DNA of 32,000 nucleotides from Gammaproteobacteria bacterium (GTDB lineage Bacteria; Pseudomonadota; Gammaproteobacteria; JBIOEC01): NCBI GenBank assembly GCA_965279305.1, contig OZ257143.1, positions 810,001 to 842,000 of the forward strand, read 5' to 3'. Shown piece by piece: positions 24,666 to 32,000 of this stretch (position 1 is its first letter; each line of letters starts with the position of its first letter). The notes under the pieces were generated by a model. It saw only the letters and a program-made list of their open reading frames with translations, ran no database searches and was not told where the DNA came from. The position numbers and the translations under genes were made by a program.

Positions 24666-27170
24666 ATGACCACGCATAAAATAACCGATACCGAAATTAG
24701 GCTTCCGAGTGTTCCTTATATCCCTAGTTATGCTGAGGGTGTAGCAAAGCTTATTAAAGAGCGTGGTCAAAATCTAGAGGTATTGGAGATTGCGCAAAAA
24801 GGCTTAACTACCGCTGATTGGGCCATTATTTTTAATGCTTTATACACTTCTAGTGCCTCCAATGTACATACTTTAATTTTACCTACTTTAGTCACTATTC
24901 CTACAGTGGAGAATGATTCTGCAGAATTATGGATGGAAGGTGTTAAAAAATTAACGACGGTTAGCTTGCCAAAAGCAGATAAACCCAGCAGAGTTCTATT
25001 ACACGTAAAAAGATTATACAGAGAAGCAGCTACTTTAACCCAGGTAGAAATTAACGATGCTGATTTTGATAAAGCAGATTGGACTAATATTTTTGCTCAA
25101 TTAAAAGAAGTTAAAAATCTAGAAAGCATTAGCATGCCTCACTTCACTGGAAGAGTAGATAACTTTGATGATCAAGAAGCGGTTTTAGCTAGAGAAAATT
25201 TAACGAGTATAAATTTACCCAGTTTTGATACAGGTTGTATTAGTTGGGCGTTTGAGAGACTAAATAAAAGAGAAGATGCAGCTATCACTCATTTGGTTCT
25301 GGGTAATCCTAGTAATTTTAAGAATACCCGATTTAAAGTTGAAGGTGGTGCGGCTAATGCTCTTCCATTATTAGTTTCTGTTGTTAATAAAAATCCTAAA
25401 ATACAATCACTCGATTTAACCGGTTTGGAATTATTTTTTCCTAAAGAAAAGGATCCATCAAAAAGAAGGTATGAATATGAACAATATCCGGCACTAAATT
25501 TTTCTAATTGTTCATTTTCAAGTGATCTCGTTGTTAATATTTCTCTAGATGCTTTTGATGTCAAAAATAGCCAGGAAGCAAAAGGGTATAGTAGTAACGA
25601 TTTTGAAAAAGAAAAAAATAATTATATTGCCGCATTATGTAAGTTTTTTGGAAATGCACGGTTAAAGATAAAAATTCCAGAAATAGTTACATTTTCTGGT
25701 TATAATGCCTACCATTATAAGACTCTTTCAGCATTTGTAAAAACAAGTAGCACCTTGCATGAGCTTGATATGAGTGGACATGTTTTTTCTGTGGATAGCA
25801 ATACAGAAGGAAATAGAAAAACGTTTAGTGAAATCATTCATAGTGCTTACCAATCTAAAAGCTTGAAGGTTTTGAATCTATCCAATTGCGGAATAACCCC
25901 TTATCTTTTGATTACTTGGGGTGAATATGATAATAAAGTTACCCCGGCTCAAGCATTATATAATGCGGCTTTTAGTAATACATTAGAAGAATTAGATTTG
26001 TCAGATAATGATTTGCGAGATGTTTATTATTACCAAGGTAATCGCGTTTCCGAGGGTTATCTGCCTCCTAGAGCTTTAGGTTTTATGGATAATGTGTGGG
26101 GTAAACCAGTTTCTCCAGCCATAAAATTCAGTTTTGATAAAGCTCACTTTTTAAAAACCTTGATGAAAACTAAAAAGTTAAGAGTCATCAATCTTATTGG
26201 TACCGGCATTGGCTATGATGATATAAAAGGCCTAGTAAAAGAAAATTTTCAAGTTCTAACTATCAAGTATTCAGGATCTGATAATCAACCTAAAGATTTT
26301 AAAGTGCCAGTGCCTAAAATAGCATCCACTCTTGCACAGATATTTGGTATTACTGCAAAACAAGTAGAAGAGCCAACTGAACCATCTACCGCCGCAGGTA
26401 GCGCTAGTATGGGTGCAGCAGGTAGTGCTGGTACGGCGACTTATCCTTCTGCTTCAGATGAGAAAAGGCAACAAGCAGGCATGGAAAATAAAGAACTTGC
26501 TGTTGCAACATTTGCTAGTGAAGAAGATGCAAGAAGTAGAGAGCAGGCTCAACAACTTCGCGATGCTTATCAAGCAAGTCAAAGCGCAACAGCCGCGGGA
26601 AATAGTGCAGTAGCAGCTGCAAGTACTGTGGGTGCTGAGAGAGTTATTGAACGTATAGAGCTTCCTCCTAGTTATGTACAGGCAATATCTGATGCACAAC
26701 AAGAAGCGGCACGCAGAGCTGCAGAAGCAGCGCGCATAGGGGCATTAGTAGACGCGTTTATGGATATGCCTGAATCTTCGCCTACTACAGAAGTATTAGC
26801 ATTACCAACACCATCAGCGCCTCCTATGCCTACAGCGCTTATTACTGCATCTCAATCTGATGCGACAACAGCTACGGCAGAAGCAACATCAACTACAGCG
26901 GTAGCACCTGTTCCAGCGGCAAGACCTCGTACACAAACTATTATGGGCGTTATTCCAAACCCATTCGCAGCATTGATGAGTAGTGATCTAAATGTACCCA
27001 CAACCATTACAGGTCGTTTAGGTGTGCGAATGAATACGGATCAACAGCGAGATCCTTTAGTAGTACCTAGCCATATTCCAACAGTAGATCAAGTACGTCG
27101 GGGTGCAACAACTCAAAGCGCTACGCCTGCTGCTCCGGCACGTAGAGAAAGAACCCAAGTGCCAGAATAA
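24666..27170 (+). CDS. Large LRR protein (RNI-like repeats, about 560 aa) fused to an Ala/Ser/Thr/Pro/Gln-rich, probably disordered tail of about 275 aa; eukaryote-like, candidate effector
   Basis: 834-aa ORF. LRR-type segments include 'SKSLKVLNLSNCGITP', 'NTLEELDLSDNDLRD', 'KKLRVINLIGTGIGYDDIKGL' and 'IQSLDLTGLELF'. A helix motif recurs as GLTTADWAIIFNAL and DFDKADWTNIFAQL. The tail starts near nt 26343 and contains PPSY. Confidence 0.75.
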   Translation: MTTHKITDTEIRLPSVPYIPSYAEGVAKLIKERGQNLEVLEIAQKGLTTADWAIIFNALYTSSASNVHTLILPTLVTIPTVENDSAELWMEGVKKLTTVSLPKADKPSRVLLHVKRLYREAATLTQVEINDADFDKADWTNIFAQLKEVKNLESISMPHFTGRVDNFDDQEAVLARENLTSINLPSFDTGCISWAFERLNKREDAAITHLVLGNPSNFKNTRFKVEGGAANALPLLVSVVNKNPKIQSLDLTGLELFFPKEKDPSKRRYEYEQYPALNFSNCSFSSDLVVNISLDAFDVKNSQEAKGYSSNDFEKEKNNYIAALCKFFGNARLKIKIPEIVTFSGYNAYHYKTLSAFVKTSSTLHELDMSGHVFSVDSNTEGNRKTFSEIIHSAYQSKSLKVLNLSNCGITPYLLITWGEYDNKVTPAQALYNAAFSNTLEELDLSDNDLRDVYYYQGNRVSEGYLPPRALGFMDNVWGKPVSPAIKFSFDKAHFLKTLMKTKKLRVINLIGTGIGYDDIKGLVKENFQVLTIKYSGSDNQPKDFKVPVPKIASTLAQIFGITAKQVEEPTEPSTAAGSASMGAAGSAGTATYPSASDEKRQQAGMENKELAVATFASEEDARSREQAQQLRDAYQASQSATAAGNSAVAAASTVGAERVIERIELPPSYVQAISDAQQEAARRAAEAARIGALVDAFMDMPESSPTTEVLALPTPSAPPMPTALITASQSDATTATAEATSTTAVAPVPAARPRTQTIMGVIPNPFAALMSSDLNVPTTITGRLGVRMNTDQQRDPLVVPSHIPTVDQVRRGATTQSATPAAPARRERTQVPE

Positions 27171-27191
27171 GAATTTAATATAGAGGTAAAT

Positions 27192-27617
27192 ATGAGTAGT
27201 AAACAATTAAGTCCAAGTTGGGACGTATTAACACTTGAAGGGGAAGTCATATCACGTGAAGCTGCATTTAGTGCAGCGCCTTCTCCTAGCGCTGCTTTAT
27301 TCTATGCTGCTGAAGCACAACTTCATGTAGCATCAACGGCTTCTTCTGCGCGTCAACGTTCAGTATCGGGAAGTGGTGTTAGTCATTTTAACTTGCCTCC
27401 TATGGCTAGAGGCCGTTCAAATTCTGCCACTGATATATTACTTCATGCTTTAACACGCATGCGTTTAATTGCTTTGCAAGAACAAGCAAGAAATCCGATT
27501 CCTGCTGCATTGTTGGAAAGTGTGAGTACTATTGCTTCAATGGATATTCAAGCGGAAAGACCAAGCACTCCTTCACGCCCAAGCAGTGTGAATTCATCTA
27601 GAAGTACTTTAGCATAA
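27192..27617 (+). CDS. Ser/Ala-rich small hypothetical protein (141 aa), apparently co-transcribed with the LRR gene
   Basis: An AGAGGT SD lies 4 nt upstream and the gene starts 21 nt after the LRR stop. The sequence is low complexity and contains two RxRxxS motifs. Coding status is plausible but unproven. Confidence 0.5.
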   Translation: MSSKQLSPSWDVLTLEGEVISREAAFSAAPSPSAALFYAAEAQLHVASTASSARQRSVSGSGVSHFNLPPMARGRSNSATDILLHALTRMRLIALQEQARNPIPAALLESVSTIASMDIQAERPSTPSRPSSVNSSRSTLA

Positions 27618-27635
27618 AGGCTGGTGGGTGTGCAT

Positions 27636-27715
<80 letters not shown>

Positions 27716-27733
27716 GTGCAAAAAAAGAAGCCT

Positions 27734-27762
27734 ATTAAACCCATTTTGCGAGGGTAAGTCAA
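27734..27762 (-). promoter_or_regulatory. Candidate promoter for tRNA-Phe (TTGACT-N17-TTTAAT)
   Basis: On the minus strand the -35 is at 27762-27757, overlapping the yggX stop, and the -10 at 27739-27734, about 19 nt upstream of the tRNA 5' end. Confidence 0.45.
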
Positions 27763-28031
27763 GTAAGACTGTCGCGGTAGCCGGGAGGCGCTTCGCTGCC
27801 TTCGCCAAATAGAAACTTTTCCATTTCGGTTTCTAGAAACTTCTGTGCTGTAGGATCCATCAAATTAAGGCGGTATTCATTAATTAGCATGGTTTGGTGG
27901 CTCTGCCACATTTTCCAGGCAGCTAACGAAATATGGTCATACACTTTCTGGCCAATAGGTCCTGGATAAGGCGGTCTAGGCAAGCCTTCTGCTTCTTGTT
28001 TTAACTTAAGACAAAATACTTGATGTGTCAT
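27759..28031 (-). CDS. yggX: Fe(2+)-trafficking protein YggX
   Basis: The track ORF is 27759..28082. The true start is most likely Met18 (28031), giving a 90-aa protein [17 protein letters not shown]...[15 protein letters not shown] that is collinear with E. coli YggX. It lies downstream of mutY as in E. coli and overlaps the mutY 3' end by 26 nt. Confidence 0.9.
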   Translation of the reverse strand: MTHQVFCLKLKQEAEGLPRPPYPGPIGQKVYDHISLAAWKMWQSHQTMLINEYRLNLMDPTAQKFLETEMEKFLFGEGSEAPPGYRDSLT

Positions 28032-29088
28032 ACAAACTCTCCAAAAAACGTTGAATAGGTGCTGGTAGCCCAATAGAAGCATTCTTCTTTGGGTGATACC
28101 ACAATTGCTGATCGGCCTCCATGGCTCGTAATGATTGTTTTTCTACTTGGGTTTGCATAGGCTTCATGACCAAATGAAAGTGGCTAAACGTATGCTCAAT
28201 AGTATTTAATGCGGTGTTGCCTTTAACAGAGCACGCTAATTCTTGTTTACACCAGCTATGCAGTTTATCAGGGGTAGGACACTCGGGCAAACTCCAGAGT
28301 CCGCCCCAAATGCCAGTAGGTGGCCTTTTTATTAATAAAATTTCATCTTGTGCATTCTTTAATACCACTAGACTCGTGTGACGGGTAGGAATGGTTTTTT
28401 TAGGTTTAGACACCGGATAATCTTTTACATTGCCTTGTTGAAAGGCTAAACAAAAATTGGTGAGTGGACAACGCTCACATTGGGCTTTGCCGCGAACACA
28501 GAGTGTTGCGCCTAAATCCATCATGGCTTGATTATAATGATGCGATCGCAATGCAGGTGTAAGCAGTGTGCTGAGCTTCCATAAGTGTTCTGTTACAGCC
28601 GGTTTGCCAGTCCATTCGGCAATAGCATATACACGAGCAAGCACGCGTTTTACATTGCCATCTAAAATAGGTGCAGGCAATTGCATAGATAAAGAAATAA
28701 TCGCGCCGGCTGTAGATATACCAATACCCGGTAATTCAGCGAGTGCTTCTACAGTATTAGGAAATTCGCCTGCATATTGCTCACAAATAATTTTGGAGGT
28801 TTTATGCAAATTCCGCCCGCGAGCGTAATAACCTAAACCACTCCATAAATGTAAAACATCATCTAGTTCAGCATCTGCTAATGCTTGTACATTAGGAAAG
28901 CGTTCTATAAAGCGCAGAAAATAAGGAATAACGGTGGTCACTTGAGTTTGCTGAAGCATAATTTCAGAAACCCAAACACGATAAGGAGTGATATGTTGTT
29001 GCCAAGGTAAATCTTTTCGGCCGTAAGCATCGTACCAGTCCAGTACGGCATTTTGAAACTGAACTGGTTCAATGGCGTCAGCGGTCAT
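28006..29088 (-). CDS. mutY: A/G-specific adenine DNA glycosylase MutY
   Basis: 360 aa with the HhH-GPD region ([12 protein letters not shown]), the 4Fe-4S motif C-x6-C-x2-C-x5-C ([17 protein letters not shown]), and a NUDIX-like C-terminal domain. Confidence 0.95.
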   Translation of the reverse strand: MTADAIEPVQFQNAVLDWYDAYGRKDLPWQQHITPYRVWVSEIMLQQTQVTTVIPYFLRFIERFPNVQALADAELDDVLHLWSGLGYYARGRNLHKTSKIICEQYAGEFPNTVEALAELPGIGISTAGAIISLSMQLPAPILDGNVKRVLARVYAIAEWTGKPAVTEHLWKLSTLLTPALRSHHYNQAMMDLGATLCVRGKAQCERCPLTNFCLAFQQGNVKDYPVSKPKKTIPTRHTSLVVLKNAQDEILLIKRPPTGIWGGLWSLPECPTPDKLHSWCKQELACSVKGNTALNTIEHTFSHFHLVMKPMQTQVEKQSLRAMEADQQLWYHPKKNASIGLPAPIQRFLESLYDTSSILS

Positions 29089-29094
29089 GAAATG

Positions 29095-30849
29095 CTACTT
29101 TCCTAATAACTTATTAAGTGCATTAGTGACGGGTGCTGCTAAGGTATCTACCCCCTCATTTGCTAAACCAGATGCTCCTTGAGTTAATACATTTCCAGCA
29201 ATTTTACCTACTAATACTGCTAGTGCGGCTTCATCTATTTTAACGGATGCATCGCCTATTTTTCCGCTAACAATCAATGGAATAACTTGCCCAGTCGGTT
29301 TTCCATTACTATTTTTGCTCACAAACAATTTCATATTGACCATTTCATTGACCAAATCAATTTGTCCTTGTCCTTTTACATAAATAGCATTGTTATAAAG
29401 CACTAAATTTTGAGTTTGAGCAATACCATTGCTAATATCAAAATCAGCAGTCATATCAACAATTTCAGTGCGTTTAGTGTTTTTATCGAGAACAGCAGTA
29501 GGATTACCTTTAGCTAATTTATCACCTACATGCCACCAGTAACCAATATCAACACCTTCTAGTGTTCCATGAGCAATTTCAATATGAGTGCTTCCTGCTA
29601 AAGAAGAAACCAGTTGATCACTGTTAGAACCGGCTGCTGTAAGTTTACCATTCATTGCACCTACACCAGAGAAGCGATTACTATCAAATGCTTCTTTTAA
29701 TAGCTTAGAAAGCTGTATTCCAGATATTTGATAATTCACTTGCCATTGTGGTTTGGATGGATTGGTATTTAAAGTAACGTTGGCGTTAAACGTACCATCA
29801 TAAAGTTTGCTAGTAACAGGATTGAAATGATAAATGCCTTTGTCGCCAGTCACAGGTATAACTACATCGGTGGTTTTAAATTGACCTAATAAGATCTGAT
29901 CAACATGAAATTTTCCAGAAGTATTATTAGAAATACCAGAAGTTAAATTACCCGTAGCATGGCTACCAAAACCATTAAAAGATAAATCATTCACCGTAAA
30001 TAATTTGCTTACGCCATCATATTGTACTTGCGACAGTTTTAATTGGATTTTTTCATGATTTTTAGGAATAGAAGAACCTTTTAAATCACCGTCTACGGTT
30101 AAGTCATTAAATTCATAATACTTTTTATCAGGATCGACATTAGCTTTTGTTGTAATATCCCAGTAGCTTGTTACTTGAGTAGCAGGAGCAACTACTTTTC
30201 CGCTAATAGTAATAGGAAACTCATGGTTAAAACCTAAGTTATCAGCATTCACTGAAAGTTCAGAGATATTCCACTGTTGATTTTTTTGTTGGTCATCCCA
30301 AACTACTGATGAATTTTCAAGCTCTAATTCCCCTATATTGAAATTAAAAGAGCTTGATTGATCAGAAGCATTACTTGCTGAACTATTAATAGAATGATCA
30401 GTGCTGCTCGATGTTGTTGATGCAGCTTTAACGTTAGAGGGGGCCCCTAACAAATCATCCCAATTGGTTTTCCCATTTGACAAGGTGGTTAAGTGAATAA
30501 CGGCACCATCAACAGAAAGATCATTTAACACCACTGAGCGGGAAAAAATTAAAGGCATAATAGCTAAATCAAAATTAAGGGTTTCAATGCTAGCAAAAGT
30601 AGCAGGAGAAAAACCGCTACGATTAGAAAGACTTACTTGAGAGGCTTCTATGCCTACGCCAGGAAAGAAACTCCATTTTAATTCACCTGCAATAGTGAGA
30701 TCGCGCCCTGTAGAGGTTTTTACGCTTTCAATTATTTTGGTTTTGTAGGTGTTGGGATCAATAAATCGAGTAACAGTAAAAAGACCAGCCCAAAAAATTA
30801 AAAAAGCAGATAATACGCCAACAACACCATAGGTGATTTTCTTATTCAT
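29095..30849 (-). CDS. asmA: AsmA family outer-membrane biogenesis protein
   Basis: 584 aa with an N-terminal anchor followed by 'IDPNTYKTKIIESVKTSTGRDLTIAGELKWSFFPGVGIE', typical of the AsmA N-terminus. The body is beta-rich and there is an AsmA_2-like C-terminal region. Confidence 0.85.
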   Translation of the reverse strand: MNKKITYGVVGVLSAFLIFWAGLFTVTRFIDPNTYKTKIIESVKTSTGRDLTIAGELKWSFFPGVGIEASQVSLSNRSGFSPATFASIETLNFDLAIMPLIFSRSVVLNDLSVDGAVIHLTTLSNGKTNWDDLLGAPSNVKAASTTSSSTDHSINSSASNASDQSSSFNFNIGELELENSSVVWDDQQKNQQWNISELSVNADNLGFNHEFPITISGKVVAPATQVTSYWDITTKANVDPDKKYYEFNDLTVDGDLKGSSIPKNHEKIQLKLSQVQYDGVSKLFTVNDLSFNGFGSHATGNLTSGISNNTSGKFHVDQILLGQFKTTDVVIPVTGDKGIYHFNPVTSKLYDGTFNANVTLNTNPSKPQWQVNYQISGIQLSKLLKEAFDSNRFSGVGAMNGKLTAAGSNSDQLVSSLAGSTHIEIAHGTLEGVDIGYWWHVGDKLAKGNPTAVLDKNTKRTEIVDMTADFDISNGIAQTQNLVLYNNAIYVKGQGQIDLVNEMVNMKLFVSKNSNGKPTGQVIPLIVSGKIGDASVKIDEAALAVLVGKIAGNVLTQGASGLANEGVDTLAAPVTNALNKLLGK

Positions 30850-30871
30850 AAGTTCCCTCTTTTATAAACAG

Positions 30872-32000
30872 TTATTGTATTAAAGTAGAAGCTAAAGTAG
30901 GTAACCACTTTAACTTGTCCATGACTTCACAAGCAATTACTACAACTCCGCATAACACAACGGCTAGCAATAAAGGCGTACCGCCAGGCACGCGAAATGC
31001 CACTTTGGCATTTTTATTTTGACGAATTCGCCACACAAATAATGCCGGTAGAATAATACAAGTAATGGCAACGAAAATACCCGCAAAGCCTAAGGCTAAT
31101 CTAAATCCTTGTGGATAATAAAGCGCAAAAGCTAAAGGAGGAATAAATGCTAATAAAATACTTTGTACGCGAGTGCTAGAGCTGCGATCTTTTCGCGCAT
31201 CCAGTAAAAAATCAAATAATCCTAAGCCCACACCTAGAAACGAAGTGGTGATAGCGATATGTCCAAAAAAGTTCATTCCTGCCGATAACCAAGAATTTTG
31301 AACAATATAGCTCATGGTCAGTAATAATGTGCCCACATCATCTTTTTTCTCGGCAATAGCGTCTTGTAATACTTGAGTGAAACTCATATCGCCTACTAAG
31401 GGAACTATGCCTAATACACCAGCTAACCAAAGCAAATAAATAACCAAGGGAATAAAACTACCAATCACAATTGCTTTGTTAATCGCGCTCACATTGTTTT
31501 GGTTATAAGAAACTAATGAGGGCACTACCACATGAAACCCAAATGAGGTAATTAAAATAGGCACGGCTGCTAGCAAATAGAGTTCGCCACCAGAGGGGCT
31601 AACGAGCTGAGAAAAATTAACATAAGGTGTAACTAGCGACATGGTGAAAATAAAAATAATGCCTTTCATACTCATCAGTACGCGATTAACCATATCAACA
31701 GAATGTGCACCCCAGAAAATAAAACTACCAAATACGCCTAAGAAAATTAAACAACTAATCCATTGAGGCAATTCAATATCGAGAAAAGTATAAAGGGAGG
31801 TAGATAAAATGGATCCGCCGCCAGAAATATAAGCGGCATTTAAAGCGTATAACAATCCTAAAAAGGCTAGCCAACAAACGCCTTGTCCTATAGGGCCTAA
31901 TGTGGTTTTAGCAATACTAATAAAGCCGTTATGGCCTACAGGAAATGCAAGTGAAGCTTCAGCGGTGAGTAATGCGGTTATGCACATTAAAGCCCATAAA
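30872..32000 (-). CDS. Aromatic amino acid permease (TyrP/Mtr/TnaB family); 5' end beyond the window
   Basis: The reading frame stays open to the window edge upstream of the track Met. The C-terminal part 'LLAFIPPLAFALYYPQGFRLALGFAGIFVAI...FRVPGGTPLLLAVVLCGVVVIA' is collinear with E. coli TyrP. Confidence 0.85.
   Translation of the reverse strand, partial: LWALMCITALLTAEASLAFPVGHNGFISIAKTTLGPIGQGVCWLAFLGLLYALNAAYISGGGSILSTSLYTFLDIELPQWISCLIFLGVFGSFIFWGAHSVDMVNRVLMSMKGIIFIFTMSLVTPYVNFSQLVSPSGGELYLLAAVPILITSFGFHVVVPSLVSYNQNNVSAINKAIVIGSFIPLVIYLLWLAGVLGIVPLVGDMSFTQVLQDAIAEKKDDVGTLLLTMSYIVQNSWLSAGMNFFGHIAITTSFLGVGLGLFDFLLDARKDRSSSTRVQSILLAFIPPLAFALYYPQGFRLALGFAGIFVAITCIILPALFVWRIRQNKNAKVAFRVPGGTPLLLAVVLCGVVVIACEVMDKLKWLPTLASTLIQ

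Noticed and set aside
28032-28082. 17-codon N-terminal extension of yggX
   Set aside because: Alignment with E. coli YggX places the start at MTHQVFC, and the extension lies inside the mutY coding region.

Overview
The window looks like a gammaproteobacterial chromosome of moderate to low GC. My guess is an amoeba-associated or intracellular Legionellales-like lineage, but I cannot establish the taxon without a search. About 80% of it is recognisable housekeeping sequence. From left to right: a partial ridA-family gene and ftsH; a minus-strand glycolytic/pentose-phosphate operon (tkt-gap-pgk-fba plus a DUF47 gene); a plus-strand envelope operon (lptF-lptG-waaG and a waaP fusion carrying a second LPS-kinase domain); a long minus-strand run of cytochrome-oxidase assembly genes (SURF1, an SCO-like gene, ctaA, ctaB, sco1) continuing into an alpha/beta hydrolase, yhcB and degP; then tRNA-Phe, yggX, mutY, asmA and a partial aromatic amino-acid permease. 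I found no CRISPR array, transposase, integrase, prophage or recognisable defence or toxin-antitoxin module. The accessory content is five family-less ORFs inserted singly or as a pair into these conserved operons, and several are visibly more AT-rich than their neighbours. Two are eukaryote-like RNI-type leucine-rich-repeat proteins, at 7238-8869 inside the glycolytic operon and at 24666-27170 next to tRNA-Phe. The second carries a roughly 275-aa disordered tail with a PPSY motif and is followed by a Ser-rich 141-aa ORF. The third is a two-TM ORFan between pgk and fba, where some relatives carry pyk. The fourth is a helical, acidic ORFan heading the lptFG operon. The most coherent reading is that these are secreted host-targeting (effector-like) proteins, but that is inference. 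A structured MITE/REP-like element occurs twice, and each copy overlaps the stop codon of the adjacent minus-strand gene.
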